Notes: generated from the letters alone by a model not told the origin. Shown: positions 40,690-49,074, counted from the stretch's first letter. The stretch: DNA of 64,000 nucleotides from Candidatus Aminicenantes bacterium (GCA_963702005.1 OY969696.1:2176001-2240000); one strand, 5' to 3'. Numbers and translations are program-made.

Positions 40690-40896
40690 CTTGACCTGCC
40701 TTTATAAGATTGGGCCGGATATGGAAGTGGTATAGAGCAAGAAATTCGGAACTTAGACCCATCCTTAAATCGGCCCCGATGCCTCGCTAGGTACTGCCCA
40801 TTGGTGGAGGGGCACTCAGGTCCCCTTCAGCCCGGCCAGCCACATCCTGGCATCTTCAGGCTCTGCCGTTTATCGAATGGGATTTCGTTTTGCCCT

Positions 40897-41211
40897 CTAG
40901 TGAGTTGAGCGCTCGACAATCGCTTCCACTACCTCCATTATGACGAGGAGGACGGCAATAAACCCAAAGACCACGGCCAATATCACGACGGGTGAGCGGT
41001 CCTTGAACTTAATTAAGCTTACGATCCCGGTAACGAAAGCGGCAATTCCGGATATCATCATGGATGTTCCCAGCATAATAAGGAGGGGGCTCCCGATTTT
41101 CATTCCTTTCAATCCCAATAAATTCCTCCTGTTAAGAACCGCAATAAGAAGCGCAACGAACACGGCCATCAATATGCCGGCCCATTTTCCGAGTTTTGTT
41201 TTCGGCATCAT
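40897..41211 (-). CDS. Small 3-TM membrane protein (cargo)
   Basis: MMPKTKLGKW then three hydrophobic helices; own TTGACT-17-TATCCT promoter at 41242-41270. Confidence 0.7.
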   Translation of the reverse strand: MMPKTKLGKWAGILMAVFVALLIAVLNRRNLLGLKGMKIGSPLLIMLGTSMMISGIAAFVTGIVSLIKFKDRSPVVILAVVFGFIAVLLVIMEVVEAIVERSTH

Positions 41212-41397
41212 TTTCCCCTTTCCCCTTTGTTTGCTGGTCAAAGGATAACGCCGTCGGGAAGGGAAGTCAATTAGTGGTGGCCTGTATGCTCAACGAGGCA
41301 TCACGCATACGAAGGCAGTCGGTCAGCACGGCACAATCAGCTGGGGGATGATGGGTCTGGCCTGCATAGGGGGCTTTCGGGGCTGCTGGACGCGGGC

Positions 41398-41522
41398 AGA
41401 CTCCGCCGCCGTGTCACACCGTTGTCACAAAAAGTGCTAAAACTCGTCTACTTCGGACTAAAGGTGCTTAAAAGGAAAACTTAGGAAACCTTAGATTATC
41501 AGGGAAAACGAGGGGATTAAGC
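41398..41522. repeat. att-arm-like element A (homologous to 43781-43905)
   Basis: agactccgcc, TGTCACA-N4-TGTCACA (41412-41429), ~10-bp periodic (C)TAA motifs, then tRNA fragment. Confidence 0.75.
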
Positions 41523-41565
41523 TGGCTGGGAAGCAAGGATTCGAACCTCCGACCTTTGGATCCGG
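41523..41565 (-). repeat. Chimeric tRNA 3' fragment (Arg-CCG anticodon/T-arm side + Gln-type acceptor end)
   Basis: Reverse complement ccggatccaaaggtcggaggttcgaatccttgcttcccagcca; 30 bp identical to 42130-42159. Confidence 0.8.
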
Positions 41566-41587
41566 GAGGGAGGCCGACGACCTATCC

Positions 41588-42046
41588 CTATTTCAGGATG
41601 TCCTCTTCCCCTCTCTGTGCCTTTGCCAATTGCAGGTACTTCTTCGCCGATATGATTGCCAGAATTGCGGCGATCAGGTTCGCTCCAATACAGACCAGCA
41701 TCAAGATCGCCTCTGCGCGGAATCCTTCATAGAACTGCAGAGAATAGACGGCAAGTTGGAACACCATGAAGTCATGTAGAAATAAGAGGAGCGCCCCAAG
41801 ATAAAGGGGGCCGCTGAGCATTCTGACGCCGCGCCGGCTCAGAATGACAACGGCCAGCAAAACAACGACCGCAACCAATTGGATTGCAAAAAATATCTTG
41901 GAAGAAGAATCGACGCGGTCGGCAATCGCCTCAGGATGCGCGGCCAGTCGAGGCACGAACAAGAGAGCCCACAAAGCGGCCACTCCGATTGCGATTGCGG
42001 TTGCGGTATAGACCATGCGCCGCGAAGTGGTTTCTTTGTCCATCAC
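41588..42046 (-). CDS. 4-TM membrane protein (cargo of the 594-bp unit)
   Basis: AAGGAGGT RBS, four hydrophobic helices. Confidence 0.72.
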   Translation of the reverse strand: MMDKETTSRRMVYTATAIAIGVAALWALLFVPRLAAHPEAIADRVDSSSKIFFAIQLVAVVVLLAVVILSRRGVRMLSGPLYLGALLLFLHDFMVFQLAVYSLQFYEGFRAEAILMLVCIGANLIAAILAIISAKKYLQLAKAQRGEEDILK

Positions 42047-42116
42047 AGATACCTCCTTCCAATGCTGATCACTAGTTTATATCAGAATGCTTGACAACAA
42101 AATAGGGGGGGGGATG

Positions 42117-42161
42117 TGGCGTGCCTGAGAGGATTCGAACCTCCGACCTTTGGATCCGGAG
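42117..42161 (-). repeat. 3' half of a tRNA-Arg(CCG) (att-like fragment)
   Basis: Reverse complement ctCCGga-tccaa-aggtc-ggaggTTCGAATcctct-caggcac-g-CCA; no 5' half present. Confidence 0.8.
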
Positions 42162-42204
42162 GCTCCCGGTGCTCTGGCACGAACGGGGATCCGGGCCCGG
42201 GCAT

Positions 42205-42483
42205 TCAGTTTGTCGGCTTGGTGTCCGGCAGGTCCTTGCCCGCTTTCTTCATGTATCTCCGGCCTTCCTCGTAGATGTCAAAATCCTCTTTCCTGTCCAG
42301 GCGCACCTTTTTCCTCTGTCCATCGTCGGTCTGGAAAATTACAAGATATGCGTGCTTGGAGAGAGTGCAGGTCTTCTTGGCCTCGACGGTCCCCGACCAT
42401 TCCTTGCGGCGATCCCTTTTTCTCCTAACCCAGGGTAAGAAAACGAGCCCGTCACCCAGGAGTTCAAGTATGAAATCAATCAT
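42205..42483 (-). CDS. Small hypothetical protein (cargo)
   Basis: AAGGAGG RBS; hydrophobic N-terminus, basic beta-rich C-terminus. Confidence 0.6.
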   Translation of the reverse strand: MIDFILELLGDGLVFLPWVRRKRDRRKEWSGTVEAKKTCTLSKHAYLVIFQTDDGQRKKVRLDRKEDFDIYEEGRRYMKKAGKDLPDTKPTN

Positions 42484-42560
42484 TTCGAACCCTCCTTCTC
42501 ATCCGCCCCTCACCAGTCTCGGGGCAGGGTCTCCGCCCGCCGGACCTACCTTCCCGTTGC

Positions 42561-43385
42561 TTATTTTAGCGTCAGCCCGATCCTCTTTTTATCTTTCGCC
42601 CAATAAATATAGAGCGCTTTGCCTTTTACATTGGCGAGAGGGAGAGTTCCCCAGTAGCGGCTGTCGTAGCTATTGTCGCGATTATCTCCGAGAACGAAAC
42701 AATGGCCAGCGGGCATCTTAAGCGGGCCGAAGTTGTCCCGGCTGTTGTCTATGACGATATCCTCGTGGACCTTGTATGATTCCTGGAGGGGTTCGTTACC
42801 GATAAAGACTTGCTTATTTTTTATTTCGACCGTTTCGCCTTCAAGAGCGATGACACGCATGAGAAATTGCTTTGTGGGATCTCGAGGATACTCGAAAACG
42901 ACTAAATCCCCCCGCTTAGGCGCCTGGTCGCTAAAGCCTTTTGGGTCCGTCATCAAGAAATCGTCTTTTTGAAGAGTCGGCATCATGGAGGCCGAAGGAA
43001 ACTTGTACGGTGAGACGCCTAGAGACGTCATCCAAATCCTTGCCGGAACGAAAATCTTCAAGCCGAGTGAAAGAATGATAAAGAACGCATAGACGAGAGG
43101 CGTTTGATATTTCCTAAGCCCCGTCTCCTTGGTCCGGCGCGCCTGGACAAAAGCGTGGATGATAGTGAACAACCAGAAAACAAAGACGGCTAGGACGAGC
43201 GCCATGAACCCGCTAAAATGGCGCGGCCAGCCGGCCAATCCCCAAAGAAAAGGTAGGGCGACAGAGAAGACAAAGAATATAATTCCAAGGACACCTTTCC
43301 CGTTATAGATCTGTCCGAGACCAGGAACGAGCAAAGACAGAAGGGCGGCGATGAACGGATTCCTTTTTTTCTTTTCGGCGGTCAT
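42561..43385 (-). CDS. Signal peptidase I paralogue with extra N-terminal TM domain (cargo)
   Basis: NPFIAALLSLLVPGLGQIYNG, PSASMMPTL, RGDLVVF, GDNRDNSYDSRYWG; the catalytic Lys position reads FLMRVI. Confidence 0.85.
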   Translation of the reverse strand: MTAEKKKRNPFIAALLSLLVPGLGQIYNGKGVLGIIFFVFSVALPFLWGLAGWPRHFSGFMALVLAVFVFWLFTIIHAFVQARRTKETGLRKYQTPLVYAFFIILSLGLKIFVPARIWMTSLGVSPYKFPSASMMPTLQKDDFLMTDPKGFSDQAPKRGDLVVFEYPRDPTKQFLMRVIALEGETVEIKNKQVFIGNEPLQESYKVHEDIVIDNSRDNFGPLKMPAGHCFVLGDNRDNSYDSRYWGTLPLANVKGKALYIYWAKDKKRIGLTLK

Positions 43386-43638
43386 GATTCCCTCCCTACG
43401 TTCGTTGATTTCTTGGTTTCTTTTCCCCCCGGGGACCCGCGAGCCCAGCTCATCGCAGCGTTCTCTATATCGCGCAGAAAGGAAAAGAAATTGACCTCTG
43501 GCACGGGATGGCTTTCCCTCCCATTAAGCCCGGGACCCCTCTCCCTCGGTACGAAAAGATGATATTCCCAAGCTTGATTCTATGTCAAGGACCAGTATGG
43601 AGAACGACTGAGTTATCATAAGTTCGGGGCCTTAAGAT

Positions 43639-43764
43639 TGACCTGCCACCCCTTAAACCGATCCAGGCATAATGAGAAAAACCTGGGAGAAAGGAGCCTT
43701 AATGGGCAGGGTATGGTTCACTCCGGAACAAATCATTGAAAAGCTCCGTGAGGCCGAAGTCCTC
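43639..43764 (+). mobile_element. Truncated IS3-family left end with orfA start
   Basis: TGACCTGCCACCCC end, AAGGAG RBS, ATG 43702 MGRVWFTPEQIIEKLREAEVL, then cut off. Confidence 0.7.
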
Positions 43765-43780
43765 AGATCTATCGAAATCT

Positions 43781-43905
43781 AGACTCCGCCCCATGTCACA
43801 AATATGTCACAGATTGTGCCTAAACTCGCTTAACTTAGCCTAACGGAACCTAAATAGGAAAAAGCCTAACTTTCTTATTCACCAGGGGAAAACAGGGAGA
43901 ACAGG
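43781..43905. repeat. att-arm-like element B (homologous to 41398-41522)
   Basis: agactccgcc, TGTCACA-N4-TGTCACA (43794-43811), periodic CTAA motifs. Confidence 0.75.
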
Positions 43906-43954
43906 TGGGGTGAGTGAGGGGTCTCGAACCCCCAACCTTCGGATCCACAGTCCG
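43906..43954 (-). repeat. 49-bp copy of the tRNA-His 3' end including the anticodon loop
   Basis: Identical to 48851-48899. Confidence 0.93.
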
Positions 43955-44456
43955 GGAAGTGCGCGCCCCATTCGGTTTTCAATCGACCGTGAACAAAAGG
44001 CTTCCCAGCCGGACGGGATCCTTCTCGTGCATCGCGGCACGCCGGTTGGATCTATTAAGTTATGATAAGGCTGGGAAAAGGAGGCAAGCCGTGAAGCGGA
44101 AAGGCGTCGTCTTCCTAGCTTCCTTCGATTTGTTGTTCATAGTGCTGAGTGTCTTGCTCTACGGGTCTTTCGCTCCCGCCGATCAAGTCGGCTCGCTGCT
44201 GGTAACAAACAACAGCGACCTGGTCAACAGGGATACGTCCAGCCCGGACACGCTGGTCGCCAACCCGGGGCCCGACGGCATCTCACTCCGGGAGGACATG
44301 CTCGCGGCCGCGGGCGCTACGACATCCCTCGCAATTAGCTTCACCCCGTCTTTGAGGGTGGACTGACCCCCAAAAATTGAACCACCCCGAGTGCTAAATA
44401 TTAGGATGCTATAATAGACATCATCAGCCGGGAGAAGGCCTTTAAAGGAGGCTCTG

Positions 44457-44768
44457 ATGGTGTCCGAGAAACACGGCAAACGGTACACGGCGCGGTTCAA
44501 GTTCCAGGTGGTGATGGAAATCTTAAGCGGGGCCAAGGCCATCGGACAGATCGCGCGGTCCTATGGCGTTCATCCGGTGACTCTCAGCCATTGGAAGAAA
44601 GAGTTCATCGAAAAAGGGCCGGAGATCTTCTCCCAGCACACCACGATCCAGGAGTACGAGAAACGGATCGAGGACTTGGAACGGTTAATCGGCCATAAAG
44701 AAGTGGAGATCGCGCTCCTAAAAAATTTCATGGCCGGGAGCTCACCCCGGGGGAAAAAGTTGAGCTGA
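44457..44768 (+). CDS. IS3 transposase OrfA
   Basis: HTH (IGQIARSYGVHPVTLSHWKK) plus leucine zipper; A6 slippery site at ~44720. Confidence 0.88.
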   Translation: MVSEKHGKRYTARFKFQVVMEILSGAKAIGQIARSYGVHPVTLSHWKKEFIEKGPEIFSQHTTIQEYEKRIEDLERLIGHKEVEIALLKNFMAGSSPRGKKLS

Positions 44769-44806
44769 CGCGGGCGTTTAAGGACGACTATGGGCTGAAC
44801 AGAGTC

Positions 44807-45637
44807 TTGGCGGCTCTGGGGCTTTCGAAAGGGACTTGGCATTATGCCCAGACGAGACCGAGTTATGAAGAGAAGCATGTCGGGCTGAGGAAACCGTTGC
44901 TCGAGATTGCCAGAACCCATCCGGAATACGGATACCGGAGGACGAGTGCCGAGCTCCGGGATCGAGGAATCCAGGTCAATCGGAAAGTCGTGGCGCGTCT
45001 GCATGGGACCTGGGATTTAGCCGTGATTCGACGGGTGAGGAAGCCGAAAACAAGCTCCCTGGCAAAGCTTCTTAAAGACACCGGGTCTAAGATCAATCTC
45101 GTGGCCGGCCTGACCGAGATCGATGATTTTGAGGTCGTCTATACGGATTTTACGGAGCTGCTCTACCGGAGAGGCCGGGCGAAAGCCCAGCTGATGCCGT
45201 TCGTGGATCATTCGAGCAAACTCGTTTTAGGCCACGCCCTGGGAGAGGCGGATAATACGGAGTTGGCCCTGGACGCCTGGCGCAAGGCGAAGACGACGCT
45301 CCGAAGATACGGACGGACAACGGAAGGGCTGATCGTTCATCATGATCAGGATGGTGTTTATTTAGGCCATGGCTGGCTCCGTGAGCTTGCCGTCCAGGAT
45401 AAAGTGCGCGTTTCCTATTCGGAAAACGGGGCCAAGGGCAACGTCCACATGGAGTCGTTCAATTCCCGATTCAAAGCCGAGAATCGGCTGTTGTTTTGGG
45501 AACAGGAAGATCTCCCTTCATTGAAAAAGGTTGTCGGGCAGCGGATCCGGTACTATAATCACGTTCGTCGACACTCGGCGTTGGGTTACCAATCGCCGAT
45601 TCGATATCTCAAAGAAAAGGGCCGAAGACCCGGCTGA
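44807..45637 (+). CDS. IS3 transposase OrfB (DDE), probably fused to OrfA by -1 frameshift
   Basis: YGYRR, TDFT, HHDQDG, ESFN, YN..RRHSALGY.SP. Confidence 0.9.
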   Translation: MAALGLSKGTWHYAQTRPSYEEKHVGLRKPLLEIARTHPEYGYRRTSAELRDRGIQVNRKVVARLHGTWDLAVIRRVRKPKTSSLAKLLKDTGSKINLVAGLTEIDDFEVVYTDFTELLYRRGRAKAQLMPFVDHSSKLVLGHALGEADNTELALDAWRKAKTTLRRYGRTTEGLIVHHDQDGVYLGHGWLRELAVQDKVRVSYSENGAKGNVHMESFNSRFKAENRLLFWEQEDLPSLKKVVGQRIRYYNHVRRHSALGYQSPIRYLKEKGRRPG

Positions 45638-45909
45638 GATGTTAGCGGAATTTAGCCCTCTAAGTGGTTCGAAAAATGGGGGTCATGTCCGGGCCCCAAG
45701 ATCTCAATCTCAGATAGGCTGCCGCGCATCACGGGGGGCAGCTTGAAGATCACGGGCGACATTAACGCCGACGGCACGTCGGACATCTCGCTCGACGGCG
45801 GGAAGAAAGCCGCGGAAGCGAATTCTAAGGATCTTTCAGAATCCAAACATCTCCCACTATCACCAACATGTCGCAAATTCGGTTGAAAAGCGCGTAAACT
45901 ACGTCATTG

Positions 45910-46030
45910 AAATCGATGCCTCTTTCGACGAGTTGGGCTGCAAACGTGTGCCGTAGGTCATGAAATCGAAGGCCCCTGATCCCAGCTCTACGTGTGGTTG
46001 CGTTGAAAGCCGTCTTGACATCAAGGGGCC
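45910..46030 (-). pseudogene. Tyrosine integrase remnant (box II region)
   Basis: [39 protein letters not shown]; no N-terminus and no catalytic Tyr region. Confidence 0.85.
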
Positions 46031-46043
46031 GCGGTTCTATCCT
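46015..46043 (+). promoter_or_regulatory. Sigma-70 promoter for the kinase gene
   Basis: TTGACA-17 bp-TATCCT, 28 bp before ATG 46072. Confidence 0.65.
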
Positions 46044-46071
46044 CTGGGCAGACAAGGACTGGGATGGGCGC

Positions 46072-48750
46072 ATGATCGGCCAGCTCGTTTCCCACTACCG
46101 GATCCTGGAGAAGCTCGGCGGCGGAGGCATGGGCGTCGTCTACAAGGCCGAAGACACCAGGCTCAAGCGCGCGGTCGCCCTGAAGTTCCTGCCCGAGGAG
46201 TCGCTCCAAGAGCCGCACGCCCTGGAGCGCTTCGAGCGGGAGGCCCAGGCCGCATCGGCCCTGAACCACCCGGGGATCTGCACCATTTTCGATATCGACC
46301 AACACCAGGGACGCCATTTCATCGCCATGGAGCTACTCGAGGGCCGGACCCTGAAGCGGCGCATCCTCGGCCAGCCGGTCCCGGCCGACGAGATCATCAA
46401 TCTAGCTATCCAGATCGCCGACGCCCTCGACGCCGCCCACGGCAAGGGCATCATCCATCGGGACATCAAGCCGGACAACATCTTCGTCACCGATCGCGGC
46501 CTAGCCAAGATCCTCGATTTCGGCCTGGCCAAAACGATGCCGCGAGAAACGGCTGCCGCGGGCTCGGCCGGCCCGACCGTCACCGCCCCGGAGCCGCTGA
46601 CCGGAGCCGGCGCGGCGGTCGGGACGGTGGCTTATATGTCCCCGGAGCAGGCCCGGGGCGAGCCGCTTGATGCCCGCACCGATCTTTTTTCCTTAGGCGT
46701 CGTGCTCTACGAAATGGCGACAGGTCGGCAGGCCTTTACTGGCTCCACCTCGGCCGTCATCTTCGACGCCATCCTTCATAAAGCCCCGACATCTCCCGTC
46801 CGGCTGAACCCGGATGTCCCGCCCGAGCTGGAGCGGATCATCAACAAGGCCCTGGAGAAAGAACGGCGGTTGCGCTACCAGAGCGCGGCCGAGATCCGGG
46901 CCGATCTCGAGCGGCTGAAACGGGATTCCACCTCGGCGCGCATAGCCGCCTTTGAAGACCAAGCGGCGCCATCGGCAGGCCCCATCGCCTCGGGGCGTAA
47001 GAGACGCCGATGGATCCCTTGGGCCGCGGGGGCAGTCGCCGTGCTCGTCTTAGCCGCGGCCGGCATGCTTCTCCTAATGGGGCATAAAAAGCCCTCCGAA
47101 ACAGCCGTTCCCCAAGTGGCCAACGCTGTCAAAGTGACCACCGCCATGGGTGCCAAGGACTGCCCAAGCTGGTCTCCGGACGGCCGCATGCTGGTCTACC
47201 AGTCCGACCAAGCAGGGAACTGGGACATCTGGGTCACCCAGGTCGGGACGAGCCAGGCCGTCAACCGGACGGCCGACAGCCCGGCCAACGAGATGAATCC
47301 CACCTGGTCGCCGGATGGTCAGTGGATCGCCTTCTTTTCGGACCGGACCGAACGCGGCTACTACGTCATGCCCGGGATCGGCGGCAAGGCCCATCGGATC
47401 GCCTCTTTGGAGTTTGCCGATGCCTATCCGACGGCGGCCCAATGGTCTCCGGACAGTACTCATCTGGCCTATGCCCTGCGCCAGCGCGTCGAACCCTACA
47501 TCGAGATCCTGACCGTGGCCAGTGGCCAATCCAAGAGGCTGACGCTTCCGAACCGGGCCCGCAACAATTCCATCATCGACATGAGCTGGTCGCCCGACGG
47601 GCGCTGGCTCGCCTATGCCCGGGCCATTAGCCCCATCGCAGCGACCGCCGAACTGTGGCTGACGCACACGACCGACGAGAAGAGCTTCCAGCTGACCGAC
47701 GGGACCTTGAGGGATACCAGCCCGACCTGGTCTCCGGACGGCCGCGAGCTCTATTTCATCTCCAATCGCGGCGGGACGCCTGACCTCTGGCGGTTCGCGA
47801 TTGGCGGCCAGGGACTGCCGGAGGGGCCGCCGCGGCAGATCACGGCCGGCATCGAGATGACCCATGCCGTCATAGCCCCGGGCGGACGGACGTTGGCCTA
47901 TTCCAAAGGCCGGACGGTCCGCAACGCGTTCCGGGCCCCCCTCCCGGCGGGCCGGCCGATCACCTGGACGGACGCCACCCAGCTGACCTTCGACGAAGCG
48001 GAGATCGAGTCCGTCGAAGTCTCAAAGGACGGACGGATCCTGGTCAGCTCGGACAGATCGGGAAACTGGGACATCTACCTGCTGTCCCCGGACTCGGGCG
48101 ATCTGCAACAACTGACGACCGATCCGGGAGTGGATGCGGGCCCGCGCTGGAAGCCCGACGGCAGCGAGATCGCGTTCTACTCGTCGAGAACGGGCCATCG
48201 GGAAATATGGCTCATGCCCGTGGGCGGCGGCCCGGCGCGGCAACTCACCCACGGCGAGGTCGAGAGTTTCAACCCGGCTTGGTCCCCCGACGGGAAGTCC
48301 ATCACCATGGAGAGCGGGGGCATTTTGATCCTCGACCCTCAAAGCCTCAAGGTGAGGAACTTAACCGACAAAGAAACCAATTGCCACCCGGACTGGTCCC
48401 CTGACGGGCGCTGGGTGGCCTTCAGTGAAAAGGGCAACCAAGGGTGGCAGATTTTTCGCATCGCAGCCTCCGGTGGGCTGGTCGAGCAGCTGACACGAGG
48501 AGGAGGCTGGACGCCCCGTTGGTCCCCCGACGGGAAGCGGATCTACATGATCGGCACCGGAAGCCGGAGGAATGCCATCTGGGCCCTATCACTCGAGAGC
48601 CGGGAGGAATGGCCGGTGACAGCATTGACCGGCCGGCGCGGCGCGCTGGGATATAACGGCCTAGCCGTCGACGGCCGGTTCCTCTATTTCACCTGGGAAG
48701 AGGTGCGCAGCGACATCTGGGTCGCCGATATCGTCCGGCCGGTGAAGTGA
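46072..48750 (+). CDS. Ser/Thr protein kinase with TM and TolB-like PD40 beta-propeller repeats (cargo)
   Basis: [28 protein letters not shown]; TM helix; repeated P.WSPDG. Confidence 0.93.
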   Translation: MIGQLVSHYRILEKLGGGGMGVVYKAEDTRLKRAVALKFLPEESLQEPHALERFEREAQAASALNHPGICTIFDIDQHQGRHFIAMELLEGRTLKRRILGQPVPADEIINLAIQIADALDAAHGKGIIHRDIKPDNIFVTDRGLAKILDFGLAKTMPRETAAAGSAGPTVTAPEPLTGAGAAVGTVAYMSPEQARGEPLDARTDLFSLGVVLYEMATGRQAFTGSTSAVIFDAILHKAPTSPVRLNPDVPPELERIINKALEKERRLRYQSAAEIRADLERLKRDSTSARIAAFEDQAAPSAGPIASGRKRRRWIPWAAGAVAVLVLAAAGMLLLMGHKKPSETAVPQVANAVKVTTAMGAKDCPSWSPDGRMLVYQSDQAGNWDIWVTQVGTSQAVNRTADSPANEMNPTWSPDGQWIAFFSDRTERGYYVMPGIGGKAHRIASLEFADAYPTAAQWSPDSTHLAYALRQRVEPYIEILTVASGQSKRLTLPNRARNNSIIDMSWSPDGRWLAYARAISPIAATAELWLTHTTDEKSFQLTDGTLRDTSPTWSPDGRELYFISNRGGTPDLWRFAIGGQGLPEGPPRQITAGIEMTHAVIAPGGRTLAYSKGRTVRNAFRAPLPAGRPITWTDATQLTFDEAEIESVEVSKDGRILVSSDRSGNWDIYLLSPDSGDLQQLTTDPGVDAGPRWKPDGSEIAFYSSRTGHREIWLMPVGGGPARQLTHGEVESFNPAWSPDGKSITMESGGILILDPQSLKVRNLTDKETNCHPDWSPDGRWVAFSEKGNQGWQIFRIAASGGLVEQLTRGGGWTPRWSPDGKRIYMIGTGSRRNAIWALSLESREEWPVTALTGRRGALGYNGLAVDGRFLYFTWEEVRSDIWVADIVRPVK

Positions 48751-48850
48751 CCGCCTGTCCGTTTTTCTTAACAAGAGTTCAATTAATCCAAAATGATTTG
48801 TATAAGGAGATTCTCTTATCAGGCTAACTGATTGAATATTGAGGGAACAG

Positions 48851-48928
48851 TGGGGTGAGTGAGGGGTCTCGAACCCCCAACCTTCGGATCCACAGTCCGA
48901 TGCTCTAACCAATTGAGCTACACTCACC
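48851..48928 (-). tRNA. tRNA-His(GTG)
   Basis: GGTGAGTGTAGCTCAATTGGTTAGAGCATCGGACTGTGGATCCGAAGGTTGGGGGTTCGAGACCCCTCACTCACCCCA: cloverleaf, G-1, encoded CCA. Confidence 0.96.
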
Positions 48929-49074
48929 GTCCCTTCGGAGGCGTATGATTTTCTCATCTCGTCGCCCCATTGTCAATACTGGCTCCAACTCGTTTTATAT
49001 CAATCAATTATGGTAAATTTCGGCCTCCCAAAAAAGGCTTAATACCCAAGTCCGGAAGGGCCGGCCCGGCTTGA

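Larger units (their letters stand above)
44359..45690 (+). mobile_element. IS3-family insertion sequence (~1.33 kb)
   Basis: Imperfect terminal IRs TGGACTGACCCCCAAAAATTGAACCAC / GTGGTTCGAAAAATGGGGGTCATGTCC, apparent GGG target duplication, orfA/orfB. Confidence 0.9.
44091..45885 (+). pseudogene. Exported surface-protein gene remnant interrupted by IS3 and truncated
   Basis: GTG 44091 after AGGAGG, signal peptide, DTSSPDTLVANPGPDGISLRE..FTPSLR; resumes after the IS as GPKISISDRLPRITGGSLKITGDINADGTSDISLDG. Confidence 0.65.
38802..48928. mobile_element. Tandem integrative island/cassette array at tRNA-His
   Basis: Bounded by tRNA-His and its 3' duplicate; internal tRNA fragments, integrase remnant, IS3 elements, visibly lower GC in parts. 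Confidence 0.85.

Noticed and set aside
40538-40762. N-terminal 75 aa of the 667-aa D-aminoacylase ORF
   Set aside because: Spans the predicted promoter; RBS, TTG and signal peptide begin at 40537
40801-40825. tggtggagggg as another tRNA/tmRNA 3' fragment
   Set aside because: Only ~8 nt match and no T-arm (TCGAACC) follows
42105-42113. G9 tract beside the Arg fragment (and G8 at 38749-38756) as phase-variation switches
   Set aside because: Intergenic and not clearly within a promoter spacer; no evidence of length variation from one sequence
41523-43954. Additional functional tRNA genes at 41523, 42117 and 43906
   Set aside because: Each lacks the D-arm and the 5' acceptor strand
38802-48928. 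CRISPR array or classical integron as explanation for the repeats
   Set aside because: Repeats are tRNA 3' ends spaced 0.6-5 kb apart; no cas genes, no intI and no attC-like structure recognised
48661-48957. 98-aa ORF, and the N-terminal extension of ORF 43914-44366
   Set aside because: Translations of tRNA-His and its duplicate, not proteins
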